Shown: positions 38,478-48,789 of the stretch, in pieces
Numbering within the stretch: position 1 is the first letter of the stretch
Layout: every line of letters starts with the position of its first letter
NCBI GenBank assembly: GCA_041494685.1
Contig: JBGQBE010000003.1
Location: 1 to 64,000 of the forward strand
Direction of reading: 5' to 3'
DNA from: Dehalococcoidia bacterium
GTDB taxonomy: Bacteria; Chloroflexota; Dehalococcoidia; DSTF01; JACRBR01
Length of the DNA stretch: 64,000 nt
The notes under the pieces: generated by a model
Told to the model about the DNA's origin: nothing
Database searches by the model: none
Seen by the model: only the letters and a program-made list of their open reading frames with translations
Translations under genes and position numbers: made by a program

Positions 38478-38518
38478 GCAAGAGGCCGGGTCGCAACTGC
38501 GACCCGGCCTCTTGCTTT
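38478..38518. terminator. long hairpin terminator between convergent genes
   Basis: GCAAGAGGCCGGGTCGCA-ac-TGCGACCCGGCCTCTTGC followed by TTT. Confidence 0.8.
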
Positions 38519-38538
38519 GTATCAGTGAAACGGAGCGG

Positions 38539-39345
38539 CTAGGACGAGGTGACGGTGACCGAATCGATGCGCGTTCCCGGCGCGGGGTCCTGTTCCTTCT
38601 GCGGGTCGCGCTCCTGAAGCTGCTGAAGCACGTCCTGCCCGGAGACGATCGTGCCGAACACCGTGGCCTTACCGTCCTGCGTAGGGATATCGCTGAGGGC
38701 GAAGAAGAACTGGCTGCCGCTGTTCGCCGTGCCGGCCCGATCGGGCTTCGCCACGGCGAGGGTGCCTGCCTTCACGGGTGTCGTGGTCGATTCGAAGGGC
38801 AGCTCGTAGCCCGGGCCACCGGAACCGGTACCGCTGGGGTCGCCGGTCTGGGCGACGAAACCGGGGATGACGCGGAAGAAGGTCACGCCGTCGTAGAAGT
38901 GGTCGTTCGCCAGGAAGACGAAGTTGTTGACGGCATCCGGCGCTTCCTTTGAGAGCAACTGGACCACGATGTCGCCCTTTTCGGTCTTGATGGTCGCCGT
39001 GTAGGTCTTGTTAGGGTCGATCCCCATCGCGGGCGGGGCGGTGTACTGCTTGATGGCCGCTTGCGCGCCGGTGACGCTCGTGACGCCGGCCTCGGGCGTG
39101 GCCTTGGTGACGCCCTGGCCACGCACGGACTTCGCCGCCGAGTTCTTGCTGGTGTTGCTGTAGAAGGCCGAGATGCCGAATCCGCCGATCAACACGACGG
39201 CGCCGATGACGGCGAACAGCTTGTAGTTGCTGAAGACCTTGAAGGCACCTTTGGGCTTGACCTGCGTGGCGTCGCCGGAGAGTTGGCCCGGCGTGTACAC
39301 CTTGCGGCGTTTCTGCGTCTGGACGGTCTGCTTCTTGCGTGGCAT
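38539..39345 (-). CDS. membrane-anchored cyclophilin-type peptidylprolyl isomerase
   Basis: N-terminal TM; FYDGVTFFRVIPGFVAQTGDP, GSQFF, TVFG. Confidence 0.93.
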   Translation of the reverse strand: MPRKKQTVQTQKRRKVYTPGQLSGDATQVKPKGAFKVFSNYKLFAVIGAVVLIGGFGISAFYSNTSKNSAAKSVRGQGVTKATPEAGVTSVTGAQAAIKQYTAPPAMGIDPNKTYTATIKTEKGDIVVQLLSKEAPDAVNNFVFLANDHFYDGVTFFRVIPGFVAQTGDPSGTGSGGPGYELPFESTTTPVKAGTLAVAKPDRAGTANSGSQFFFALSDIPTQDGKATVFGTIVSGQDVLQQLQERDPQKEQDPAPGTRIDSVTVTSS

Positions 39346-39505
39346 CTGGCTCTCTTCCCGAATCTGGATTGGCTGTTCACTATAGCACCCGGCGGAAGGT
39401 TCTATCGAGGTAACGCTCGCGGCGGGCTGTTGGTTGCACCCGCGTCGCCCCCCCGCGTATTGTCGGAGGGTGAATACACCGCCCCGCGGTCACGGCGGGC
39501 GCGCC

Positions 39506-40747
39506 ATGCGCACGCTGCGCCGCCTCTGGTCGCTGCCGGGGGCGGGGGTCGTCACGGGTGCGTCTGACGACGACCCTTCGGGCATCGCGACGTACTCGGT
39601 CACGGGCGCGCAGACCGGCTACTCGCTGCTCTGGACGAGCATCCTGACGCTGCCGCTGAACGCGGCTATCCAGGAGATGTGCGCGCGCATCGGCCTGGTG
39701 ACGGGCGGGGGGCTGGCCACGGTGCTGCGGCGCCACTACCCGCGGCCGCTGCTGATGGTGCTGGTGTCGCTGTTGTTCGTCGCGAATACGGTGAACATCG
39801 GCGCGGATATCGCGGCGGTGGCGGCCGGCATCGACCTGCTGACGGGGATACCGCAGGACGCGCTGGTGGTGCCGGTCGGCATCGCCGTCGCGGCGACGGA
39901 AGTGCTGGTCCCGTACCGGGTCTTCGCGAACTACCTGAAGGTGCTCACGCTGGTGCTCTTCGCGTATGTGATCGACGCGTTCGTCGCGGGGCCGGACTGG
40001 GGGCGCGCGTTGCGGAGCACGATCTTCCCGGTGTTCCACGTGGACGCGACGTTCATCACCACGCTCGTGGCGATCCTCGGTACGACGATCTCGCCGTATC
40101 TTTTCTTCTGGGAGACGTCCGAGGAGGTGGAGGAGATGCACCGCAGGCACGTGCTGCCGGGAGACGAGCCGGAACTCTTGCGCGCCCGGATCGATACGGA
40201 TATCGGCATGTTGCTGGCGAACGTCGTCTTCTACTTCATCGTGCTGACCACGGCGGCGACGTTGTATCCAGCGGGCATCCACAAGATCGCGACGGCGCGC
40301 GAGGCGGCCGAGGCACTGCGGCCGCTGGCGGGTGACGGCGCTGCCGCGCTGTTCGCGATCGGACTCATTGGCACGGGGCTGCTGGCGATCCCGGTGCTCG
40401 CGGGCAGCGCGGCGTACGCGGTGGCGGAGGTCTTCGACTGGCACGAGGGGCTGGAGAGCAAGCCGTCGGAGGCGCCGCAATTCTACGCTGTAATCGCGCT
40501 GGCGACGGTGATCGGCGTCGTGATCGCGCTGTCGGGCTTGGGCGCGATCCGCGCGCTGTTCTACGCGGCGGTCGTCAACGGCGTGATCTCGCCCATGCTG
40601 CTGATCGCGATCGTCGTGGTGAGCAACGACGAGCGCGTGCTGGGGGAGCACCGCAACGGGGCGCTGTCGAACGTGCTGGGCGTCGCCACGGTCGGCGTGA
40701 TGGGGTTCGCCGCGATCGCGATGGTGGTCACCTACCTGTTCGGTTGA
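39506..40747 (+). CDS. NRAMP-related divalent metal transporter (non-canonical DDDPSG type)
   Basis: GASDDDPSGIATYS, QEMCARIG, GTTISPYLFFW; start uncertain. Confidence 0.88.
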   Translation: MRTLRRLWSLPGAGVVTGASDDDPSGIATYSVTGAQTGYSLLWTSILTLPLNAAIQEMCARIGLVTGGGLATVLRRHYPRPLLMVLVSLLFVANTVNIGADIAAVAAGIDLLTGIPQDALVVPVGIAVAATEVLVPYRVFANYLKVLTLVLFAYVIDAFVAGPDWGRALRSTIFPVFHVDATFITTLVAILGTTISPYLFFWETSEEVEEMHRRHVLPGDEPELLRARIDTDIGMLLANVVFYFIVLTTAATLYPAGIHKIATAREAAEALRPLAGDGAAALFAIGLIGTGLLAIPVLAGSAAYAVAEVFDWHEGLESKPSEAPQFYAVIALATVIGVVIALSGLGAIRALFYAAVVNGVISPMLLIAIVVVSNDERVLGEHRNGALSNVLGVATVGVMGFAAIAMVVTYLFG

Positions 40748-42035
40748 CGTCGCGGCGGCCGGGCAGCACGTACCAGGCGAGTACACCGAGGGCGAGCGTG
40801 GCGCCTCCCACGAGCCACGCCGAGGGGGCCAGGTACACAAGCATGAGCAGGACGGTCCCCTCCGCGGCGATCGGCAGCAACGGCAGCTTTCCGATGCGGC
40901 CCGGCACCGTGAAGGTACGCGTCAGATCTGGCTGTCGGAAGCGCAGGACGATCACCGACGCGTTCACCGTGAGGAAGATGGCGTAGACGGCGAAGTCGGT
41001 GACGGCGGCGACGAAACCGATGCTGCCCGCGAGCGCGAACACCGCGGCGGCGACGAAGGCGAAGACTGCGGCGACGTAGGGCGAGCGTGCGCGGCCCACG
41101 GTGGCGAACACGCGCGGCAGCGCCCCGTTGCGCCCCATGCCGAACAGCAGGCGCGACGCGGCGGTGAGCACGAGCAGCGTGGTGTTCGTGGTGGACGCCA
41201 GCGCGATGAAGGCGATGATATCGGAGGCGCGGCTTCCCCAGTCGTGCTCGATCACGAGGGCCAGGGGACGGTCGGACGATGCAAGCGCGTCCGCGCCGAC
41301 GAGGCTGACGGAGCAGATGCCGACCAGCAGGTAGAGCACCGTGGCGATCGCCAGCGCCAGCAGCAGGGCGCGCGGGATGACGCGGGCGGCGTCGCGGGTC
41401 TCCTCGGAGAGCGTGACGACTTCATCGAAACCGATGAACGCGAAGAACACGAGTGCCGCACCCGCCAGCACGCCCCCAGCGGACGAACCGCTGACGAGCG
41501 ACGCGTTCCCGATGTGCGGCGCGCCGGAGGCGATGATCATCAGGAGTCCACCCACCTGCAACACGACGAGCGAGACGGAAAACCAGATGGTGCGCTGGAC
41601 GCCGCTGGCGACGAGCAGTGTGAGCGCGAACAGCAGGCCGGTGGAGATGAGGCGCTCGTCGGCGTCGACGAAGTGTCGGGCGTACCGGGCGAAGCCGATC
41701 GATACGGCGGCCGCGGCGATGATGTTGGCGGCGATCATCGTCCAGCCGGCCATGAAGCCGGTGAAGTTGTTGAAGGCGCGGCGGGCGAACTCGTACTCCG
41801 CGCCGGCGGTCGGGAACATGCCGGCAAGCTCGGCGTAGCTGAGGCCGGTGAGCGCGCTGAGCACGGCGGCCAGCACGAACGACAGCCAGAGCGCGGCGCC
41901 CGCCTCTTTCGCCGCTTCGCCGATGAGCACGTAGATGCCGGCGCCGATGACGATGCCGACGCCGGACACCGTGACCTGCCAGAAACCGAGCGAGCGCTTC
42001 AGTGCGGGCGTGGCCGCTGCGGGCGTGGTCGTCAT
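40728..42035 (-). CDS. APC family amino acid permease
   Basis: IGAGIY, SYAELAGMFP.AG.EY, FFAFIGF. Confidence 0.92.
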   Translation of the reverse strand: MTTTPAAATPALKRSLGFWQVTVSGVGIVIGAGIYVLIGEAAKEAGAALWLSFVLAAVLSALTGLSYAELAGMFPTAGAEYEFARRAFNNFTGFMAGWTMIAANIIAAAAVSIGFARYARHFVDADERLISTGLLFALTLLVASGVQRTIWFSVSLVVLQVGGLLMIIASGAPHIGNASLVSGSSAGGVLAGAALVFFAFIGFDEVVTLSEETRDAARVIPRALLLALAIATVLYLLVGICSVSLVGADALASSDRPLALVIEHDWGSRASDIIAFIALASTTNTTLLVLTAASRLLFGMGRNGALPRVFATVGRARSPYVAAVFAFVAAAVFALAGSIGFVAAVTDFAVYAIFLTVNASVIVLRFRQPDLTRTFTVPGRIGKLPLLPIAAEGTVLLMLVYLAPSAWLVGGATLALGVLAWYVLPGRRDVNRTGR

Positions 42036-42091
42036 GCTGCAGGGTAGCGTGCGTTGCCGCCGGGCACGCGGCACACGTATCATGGGGTCAC

Positions 42092-42166
42092 GCCCCCGTA
42101 GCTCAGCGGATAGAGCGCTAGCCTCCGAAGCTAGAAGCACAGGTTCGAGTCCTGTCGGGGGTACCA
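42092..42166 (+). tRNA. tRNA-Arg(CCG)
   Basis: Full cloverleaf: GCCCCCG acceptor, AGCTCAGCGGATAGAGC D-arm, CTAGC-CTCCGAA-GCTAG anticodon arm, GTTCGAGTC T-arm, encoded CCA; TATCAT -10 at 42078. Confidence 0.97.
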
Positions 42167-42175
42167 CGACATAAC

Positions 42176-42202
42176 GAGAGGCCGGTCATCGACCGGCCTC
42201 TC
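42176..42202. terminator. hairpin terminator downstream of tRNA
   Basis: GAGAGGCCGGTC-atc-GACCGGCCTCTC. Confidence 0.75.
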
Positions 42203-42226
42203 TGCTTGTCCTCGGAGAGGGCCCGC

Positions 42227-43285
42227 TTATCCGCGCAGTGCGGGGATCGAGGAGCGCTCCGTGACGGCGAGGCCCTGCTGGGTCAGCGCCAGCACTTGCG
42301 CGGCCATCGTCTCGAAGCCGGTGCCGACCGTGCCGCCTTCGAGGAAGCGGGCGTTGATGCCCTCCAGGATGACGGCCAGCTTGAAGAAGGCCAGCGCGGC
42401 GTAGAAGTCCAGGTTGCTGATGTCGCGGCTGCTCTTCCGGGCGTAGCGCTGCATAGCTTCGCTGCGCGTCGGGAAGCCGGGCAGCGAGAGGACCGGGCCG
42501 CTGCCGACGCCGGCACCGGGGCCGGCCGTGGCGGAGCCTGGCTCGGGCCAGTACATGAACTGCAGTCCCAGGTCGGCCAGCGGGTCGCCGAGCGTCGCCA
42601 TCTCCCAGTCCAGCACGGCCGCGATGTGGCCTTCGCGGTCGATGACGCAGTTGTCGAGGCGGTAGTCGCCGTGCACGAGCGTGTGTTCGGACTCCTCCGG
42701 GATCGCGTTCGAGAGGCGGCGGCCCAGTTCCGTGAGTTCCGGGATCTGGCGGATCGTGGAGGCTTCGAGCTGCGCGTTAAAGCGCTTTACCTGGCGGGCG
42801 ATGAAGCCCTGCGGCTTGCCGAAGTCGGCGAGCCCGACGGAAGCGGGGTCGATGGCGTGGAACGCGACGAGCACGTCGATCAACTCATCGCCCATGCGGC
42901 GCCGGATCGCTTCGTCGTAGGTGGCAGCGACGAGGTTCGGATCGACGGGCACGATGCCTTCTACGAACGACATGACGTAGAACGGCGCGTCGTTGACGGC
43001 GAGGTCTTCGCACAGGGCGATGGCGTGCGGCACGGGCACAGCGGTGCCTTCGAGCGCGGAGATGATGCGGAATTCGCGCTTCATGTCGTGCGCGGTGGGG
43101 AGGACGTGCGAAAGCGGCGGCCGGCGCAGCACCCAGGCGCGGCCGTCGCCCGCTTCGACGCGATAGGTAAGGTTCGACCTGCCGTGTCCGACGACCTTTG
43201 CGCTGAGCGTGGTCACCGGCGCGACGTGCTCGGCGAACCAGGGCGTCAGGCGTTCGAGGTCGATGCCGGGGATCGTGTCGCTCAT
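42227..43285 (-). CDS. phosphotransferase family protein (APH/ACAD10-kinase-like)
   Basis: GRSNLTY, LRRPP, AHDMKRE, HGDYRLDN, LDWEMATLGDPLAD. Confidence 0.92.
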   Translation of the reverse strand: MSDTIPGIDLERLTPWFAEHVAPVTTLSAKVVGHGRSNLTYRVEAGDGRAWVLRRPPLSHVLPTAHDMKREFRIISALEGTAVPVPHAIALCEDLAVNDAPFYVMSFVEGIVPVDPNLVAATYDEAIRRRMGDELIDVLVAFHAIDPASVGLADFGKPQGFIARQVKRFNAQLEASTIRQIPELTELGRRLSNAIPEESEHTLVHGDYRLDNCVIDREGHIAAVLDWEMATLGDPLADLGLQFMYWPEPGSATAGPGAGVGSGPVLSLPGFPTRSEAMQRYARKSSRDISNLDFYAALAFFKLAVILEGINARFLEGGTVGTGFETMAAQVLALTQQGLAVTERSSIPALRG

Positions 43286-43417
43286 CCGTTGTTCCTCGCC
43301 GGCGCTGCGCGAGTCGTGACCCTAACGCGCACGCGTCCTACAATCGAATCGTTGACCTGCGCCGCTGCGGCCGGTGCGGGTGTCCACGCCGCACTGTCTA
43401 TCTGAAGGAGGCACTCC

Positions 43418-44641
43418 ATGCCCATCGACTTCACGCTCGCGCCGGACGTCGAATCCGTCCGGATGCGCGTCCGCACGTTCATGGACGAGGAGGTCCGCCC
43501 CACCGAGGAGAAGCTACGCCAGAACGAGTCAGACCGCAACGCCTACATCACCGAGATCGCGCGGCTGCGGCAGCGCGCGCACGACCTGGGGCTGTGGAAC
43601 CCGCACTTGCCGAAAGAATGGGACGGCATGGGGCTGGGCCAGGTGGCGATGGCGTTCGTGTCGGCGGAGGCCGGGCGCACGGGCATCGGCCCGTACGTGC
43701 TGAACGCGCAGGCGCCGGACGAAGGCAACATGCACACCTTGCTGCACAACGCGACGGACGCGCAGAAGGAGAGGTACCTGCGCCCGCTCGCCCAGGGCCG
43801 CTCGCGCTCGTGCTTCGCGATGACGGAGCCGGAGGTTGCCGGCTCGGACCCGACCGGCATCCAGACGACGGCGGTGAAGGACGGCGACGACTGGGTGATC
43901 AACGGCCACAAGTGGTTCATCTCGGGCGCGAAGGGTGCGCGCTTCGCGATCTTGATGGCGCGCACGGACCCGGACGCCGATCCGCCGCAGGCCCGCAACT
44001 CCGCGTTCCTGGTGGACCTGCCGGCGGAGGGGTGGGAGATCGTGCGCGACATCGACACGATGGCGGGGATGGGCAACCATTGCGAGATCCGCATCACGAA
44101 CCTGCGGGTGCCGGCCGAGAACATGCTTGGTCAGCGGGGCCACGGTCACTTGCTGGGGCAGTATCGCCTGGGGCCGGCGCGGCTGGCGCACTGCATGCGG
44201 TGGATCGGTAACGCCGAGATCGCGTTGGAGATGCTGGTGGACCGGGCGCTGCACCGCGAGGCACACGGCTCGCTGCTGGCGGACAAGCAGGCGATCCAGT
44301 GGATGATGGCGGAGTCGGCGATGGAGCTGTACACGGGGAAGCTGATGGTGCTGCACGCGGCGTACAAGATCGAGAACGGCCTGCCGTTCCGCAACGAGGT
44401 GTCGATGGCGAAGCACCACGTGGCGAACATGCTGTGGCGCATCGTCGACCGGGCGATCCAGGTGCACGGGGCGCTGGGCTATTCGACGGACACGCCGCTG
44501 GAGCGGATGATGCGCAACGCGCGCTCGGCGCGGCTCGTGGACGGCGCCGACGAGGTGCACATGCAGACGATCGCGCGGGCGGTGATCTCGGCGTACAAGG
44601 AGACGGGCAGCACGCGCGCCGCGACGGGCGACCTGATCTGA
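43418..44641 (+). CDS. acyl-CoA dehydrogenase
   Basis: APDEGNM, FAMTEPEVAGSD, NGHKWF, RLGPARLAHCMR, DGADEVH. Confidence 0.95.
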   Translation: MPIDFTLAPDVESVRMRVRTFMDEEVRPTEEKLRQNESDRNAYITEIARLRQRAHDLGLWNPHLPKEWDGMGLGQVAMAFVSAEAGRTGIGPYVLNAQAPDEGNMHTLLHNATDAQKERYLRPLAQGRSRSCFAMTEPEVAGSDPTGIQTTAVKDGDDWVINGHKWFISGAKGARFAILMARTDPDADPPQARNSAFLVDLPAEGWEIVRDIDTMAGMGNHCEIRITNLRVPAENMLGQRGHGHLLGQYRLGPARLAHCMRWIGNAEIALEMLVDRALHREAHGSLLADKQAIQWMMAESAMELYTGKLMVLHAAYKIENGLPFRNEVSMAKHHVANMLWRIVDRAIQVHGALGYSTDTPLERMMRNARSARLVDGADEVHMQTIARAVISAYKETGSTRAATGDLI

Positions 44642-44684
44642 GGGAGCGGCCAGCAACTGGCAGTTAGCGCTGAGCGGCCGACCT

Positions 44685-45131
44685 TTATGCGGCCCGAACC
44701 AGCAGCGTGGGCAGGCTGCTGAGGTGGAGCACCTCTTCGGCGACGCTGCCGAACATCAGCCGGGTGACGCCGCGGCGAGAGTGCGTGGCCATGGCGATAG
44801 CGTCCGCCCCAACTTCCTTCGCCGCGTCCACGATCTGCCGCGCCGGCGCACCCTGCTTCACAAGCGTGCGGACGGTGAGTCCGGTTCCGCGGATCGGCGC
44901 CGCGATGCGGTCCAGGTAGTCCTGGGCGTGGTCGGCGAAGAGTGAGTGCGGGCTCGCGTCGACGGTGCCCTTGCCGAGGGCGCCCCGCTCGCTCCAGTCG
45001 GTGTTGACCGCATCGACGATGCGGAGCAGCGTCAGTTCGGCGCCCAGTGACTGCGCGACGCCGGTCGCGTGCGGGAGCACGGCCTCCGATCGCGGCGAAC
45101 CGTCGAGAGTGATGAGGATGTGCTTGTACAT
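44685..45131 (-). CDS. universal stress protein
   Basis: ILITLDGS, IAMATHSRRG, FGSVAEEV. Confidence 0.93.
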   Translation of the reverse strand: MYKHILITLDGSPRSEAVLPHATGVAQSLGAELTLLRIVDAVNTDWSERGALGKGTVDASPHSLFADHAQDYLDRIAAPIRGTGLTVRTLVKQGAPARQIVDAAKEVGADAIAMATHSRRGVTRLMFGSVAEEVLHLSSLPTLLVRAA

Positions 45132-45319
45132 GGTGTGTTGCTCCTCCTGGTCCGTGAAGGACCTCGTCACGCGCGCCGTGTATCGCGCGGCGATGCGTGG
45201 CAGCGGGGGATCAATCGCCGCGCGGTGGATGCGCGGGTGAGTGAGTCACCCCTGACCCTGTTTACTAACCCGTGAGAGTTATCGGCAGGATCTTCCTCGA
45301 TCCGTGATAGGATTCCGAC

Positions 45320-46279
45320 ATGACGCGCACATTCCTCGCGGTATGCGCCGCCGGCGTGCTGCTCCTCGCCGCTTGTGGCGGCGGATCGTCCTCGCACTCG
45401 ACGCCTGTAGCTTCGATGTCGACCACCGCGCTGGCAGCCGCGGGGTGCGCACCGGCGCTGGGGCACGCACCGGGGACGACGAACGAGACGGTCCAGAGCG
45501 GCGGGCTGGCGCGGCGCTACATCCTGCACGTGCCACCGGGATACGACGGCGGCAAGAGGCTGCCGCTCGTGCTGGGCCTCCACGGCTACGGCCAGCCGAA
45601 CGACCTCTTCGCCCAGTACACCGACTTCGCGACGGTGGCCGACGCGGCGGGGTTCGTCATGGCAATACCGGCCGGTACCGGCGACCCGCTGACCTGGAAC
45701 GACGCCAAGCTGGTGAACCGGCCGGACGACGAAGCCTTCCTGAAGGACGCGCTGGCGGCGCTCCAATCGACGCTATGCCTCGACCCCGACCGCGTGTACC
45801 TCGCCGGCTTCTCGCTGGGCGGGGCGATGGCGATCCGCACAGCGTGCGACGCGCCGGAGACGTTCGCGGCGGTGGGCCTCGTCAGCGCCGTGTACGTGGG
45901 GTGCCAGCCGAAGGCGCCGCTGATCGCGTTCCACGGCATCGCCGACCCGGTCGTGCCGTTCGAGGGAGGCGACAATCCGCCGGAGCGGGGCGGCGGCACG
46001 TTCCCGCCGGTGCGGCGCGCCGTTTCGGGGTGGGCGGTGGGACTGGGGTGCGACGGCCTGCCGCTGATCTCGCGCCCCGCGCCGAGCGTGGAGCTGTCCG
46101 CGTTTCAGCGCTGCGGCCCCGGCACGGACGTCTCGCTCTATGCGATCAGCGGCGGCGGGCACAGCTGGCCGGGCTCGAAGATGACGCTGCCGGAGAACCT
46201 CGTCGGGACGACGTCGCAGGCGATCGACGCGACGAAGACGATGTGGGAGTTCTTCGCGGCGCATCCGCGGGCACACTGA
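45320..46279 (+). CDS. PHB-depolymerase/LpqC-like esterase lipoprotein
   Basis: Lipobox LLAAC; LGLHG, GFSLGG, HGIADP, GGGHSWPG. Confidence 0.88.
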   Translation: MTRTFLAVCAAGVLLLAACGGGSSSHSTPVASMSTTALAAAGCAPALGHAPGTTNETVQSGGLARRYILHVPPGYDGGKRLPLVLGLHGYGQPNDLFAQYTDFATVADAAGFVMAIPAGTGDPLTWNDAKLVNRPDDEAFLKDALAALQSTLCLDPDRVYLAGFSLGGAMAIRTACDAPETFAAVGLVSAVYVGCQPKAPLIAFHGIADPVVPFEGGDNPPERGGGTFPPVRRAVSGWAVGLGCDGLPLISRPAPSVELSAFQRCGPGTDVSLYAISGGGHSWPGSKMTLPENLVGTTSQAIDATKTMWEFFAAHPRAH

Positions 46280-46341
46280 CGCTCAGCGGCGCAGGATGTG
46301 GTGCGTCGTTTAGTCTCGGGGCTCCGGGCGTTCGTCCGCGA

Positions 46342-46938
46342 TCAGGCCGGCTCAGGCGGGCTCCGGTGGACGGAGACCGCGTAGTCGCTGGCAGCGCCCC
46401 ATGCGCCGCACTCCCACGTGGACCAACGCTCGGCGAGGACGAGGCCTGCGTTTGCGGCGAGTTCGTCGTACCGCTCGATTGAGAGCCGCCCCGACTTGAG
46501 CTGGAATCCGGCGACCAGCACACCGCCCGGCCGGAGGTGGCGTGCGAGGTTCGACACGACATCCTGCTCGCTGCCCGGCGCGAGGAAGATCATGACGTTG
46601 CCCGCCATGACGATGGCGTCGAACGAGCGGCCGAGGTCGACGGTCGCGAGATCGGCGAGGCACCATGCGACGTCCGGTGCCTTGCGTCGCGCCGTGGCCA
46701 GCATCTCCGCGTCGATATCGATGCCGACGACCTCGAGTCTGCGGCGCGCGAGCTCGCGGCCGACGCGGCCGGTGCCGCAGCCCGCGTCGAGTACCGATGC
46801 CGGCGCGAAGCGCTGCACGAAGTCGGCCTCGCCGTGGACGTGCTCGCCGGCGGCGGCACGGCGCTCGTACGTCGCGTCGTAATCGTCGCCGGAGACACTG
46901 CGGCTTTGCAGCCAGCGGTTCGCGGGGTCTGTCGTCAT
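46342..46938 (-). CDS. class I SAM-dependent methyltransferase
   Basis: VLDAGCGTG, AGNVMIFL, HLRPGG. Confidence 0.9.
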   Translation of the reverse strand: MTTDPANRWLQSRSVSGDDYDATYERRAAAGEHVHGEADFVQRFAPASVLDAGCGTGRVGRELARRRLEVVGIDIDAEMLATARRKAPDVAWCLADLATVDLGRSFDAIVMAGNVMIFLAPGSEQDVVSNLARHLRPGGVLVAGFQLKSGRLSIERYDELAANAGLVLAERWSTWECGAWGAASDYAVSVHRSPPEPA

Positions 46939-48635
46939 GCGGGTGCGTCGCCTCCCGTCGCACGCGCGAGTTCGCGGGCGAGTTGGTCCAGCCCCATGGG
47001 GCCCAAGTTCAGCGCGCGCGTGTGGAAACGCTTGAGGTCGAACGCCGCGCCTTCGCCCTGGCGAGCGGCGTCGCGGGCGGCGAGCCAGGCGCGCTCGCCG
47101 ACCTTGTAGCTGATCGCCTGCGCGGGCCAGCCGAGGTAGCGCACGACCTCGCTCGCCATGAACTCGCGCGGACGCAGGCTGCGCTCGACGGCGAAAGCGA
47201 GCGCCATGTCGTGGGACCAGACTTCGCCGCAGTGAAAGCGCTCCGACGCCGGGATCGGCAGCTGGAGGTGCAGGCCGATGTCGATGATCACACGGACGCA
47301 GCGCATCGCCTGCGCGCTGAGCATGCCCATGTAGTGGTCGGGGTTGTCGAGGTAGCCCAGCTCGCCCATCAGGCGCTCGGCGTAGAGCGCCCAGCCTTCG
47401 CCGTGGCCGGAGATGAAGCCGAGCGTGCGCTGGTAGCGCGAGAGCTCGCCGCCGAGGCAGCGCACTGCGCCGACCTGCAGGTGGTGGCCGGGCACACCCT
47501 CGTGATAGGCGGTGGATACTTCGCCCCACAGGGGGAAACGCGTCCGCGTGCCGATGGGCCACCAGGTGCGGCCGGGGCGCGAGAAATCCTCCGAGGGGCC
47601 GCTGTAGTAGGGCGCGAGTGCGCCCCCGGCCGGCGGGATCGTCACCTCGACGACCTTGACGCGCGGGTCGATGTCGAAGTGGCGCCCATCGAGATCGTCG
47701 AGCGCGCGGTCGTGCAGGTCCTGCAGCCACGCGCGGTACGCGTCGATGCCCTCGATCAAGCGCGCCGGATCGGTTTCGAGCAGGTGCAGCGCGTCGGCGA
47801 TGCTGCCGCCGGGGGCGATCCGGCGGGCGGTCTGCTCCATCTCGCGCTCGACGCGGTAGAGCTCGTCCCAGCCCCAGCGATAGGTCTCGTCGAAGTCCAG
47901 CTCGCAGCCGTTGAAGGAGCGCGAGTTGAGGGTGTAGCGCTCACGTCCGACGCCATCGGCGTCGGCGGCCTTCGCGAGATACTCGTCGAGCAGGTACGCG
48001 CGGAAGCGGGCGTAGGCGGATTCCGCCGCGCGGACGCCGGACTCGAGGTCGCCGCGCAGCGCCGGCGATGAGACACCGCTGCGGTCGAAGGAGTCGAGCA
48101 ACGAGTTGAAGAAGGACGGCTGGCCGGGGCGCAGGCCGCTCCAGATCTCCGCCTGGGCGGCGCACTCCCGCACTTGCCGTTTCGCCGCGACGAGGCCGCG
48201 CTCCGCGCCGAGCGCGAGCGAGCGCCGGAAGCCGTCGAGCGCGCGTGGCACGAGCGCGAGGCGCGCGGCGATGTTGCGCCAGTGCTCGTCGGTCGCGCGC
48301 GGCATCTGGTCGAAGACGCTGCGGATGCTGGACATGGGGCTGGCGATGATGCGCAACGCGCGCAGCTGCTCGCCGGCGGCGTGCGTGTCGAGGCGGACGT
48401 TGAAGCGCTCGGTCATGCAGTCGCGGGCGATGCGGTCGTGCTCGTCCTCGATGGGCGCGGCGGCGAGCTCGCGCAGCGTCCGCCGGTCGAGGTCGGCGAC
48501 GGCGTCGGAGCCGTCGGGCGAGTAGTCGGTCATCTCCGAGTCGTGGCCGGGCACGCCCCAGGCGGTCGCGCCGCTCGGGTCGAGGGCGGCGAGCTGGTCG
48601 ACGTACTGGTCGGCGATATCGAAGACGCGGGACAT
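46935..48635 (-). CDS. DUF885 family protein (putative metallopeptidase)
   Basis: YHEGVPGHHLQ, EGWALYAE, PAQAISYKVG. Confidence 0.92.
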   Translation of the reverse strand: MSRVFDIADQYVDQLAALDPSGATAWGVPGHDSEMTDYSPDGSDAVADLDRRTLRELAAAPIEDEHDRIARDCMTERFNVRLDTHAAGEQLRALRIIASPMSSIRSVFDQMPRATDEHWRNIAARLALVPRALDGFRRSLALGAERGLVAAKRQVRECAAQAEIWSGLRPGQPSFFNSLLDSFDRSGVSSPALRGDLESGVRAAESAYARFRAYLLDEYLAKAADADGVGRERYTLNSRSFNGCELDFDETYRWGWDELYRVEREMEQTARRIAPGGSIADALHLLETDPARLIEGIDAYRAWLQDLHDRALDDLDGRHFDIDPRVKVVEVTIPPAGGALAPYYSGPSEDFSRPGRTWWPIGTRTRFPLWGEVSTAYHEGVPGHHLQVGAVRCLGGELSRYQRTLGFISGHGEGWALYAERLMGELGYLDNPDHYMGMLSAQAMRCVRVIIDIGLHLQLPIPASERFHCGEVWSHDMALAFAVERSLRPREFMASEVVRYLGWPAQAISYKVGERAWLAARDAARQGEGAAFDLKRFHTRALNLGPMGLDQLARELARATGGDAPA

Positions 48636-48789
48636 GGCTCCTCCATTCGGGATGGCGGGCGTGGCGCCCGTGCGGTGATTCTGGAGGTTGCGGGGCGTGA
48701 GGGCCAGTCACGGCGCGCGGCGGGCGCATCCAAGAGGGGCGCCACCGCGCATATTCCGCGGGGTGGGAGGATTCGGCGCGGATTGCCAC

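Noticed and set aside
42092..42230. Integration site at tRNA-Arg(CCG)
   Set aside because: No integrase or duplicated 3' end nearby; the remnants at 3801 and 6659 belong to a different isoacceptor
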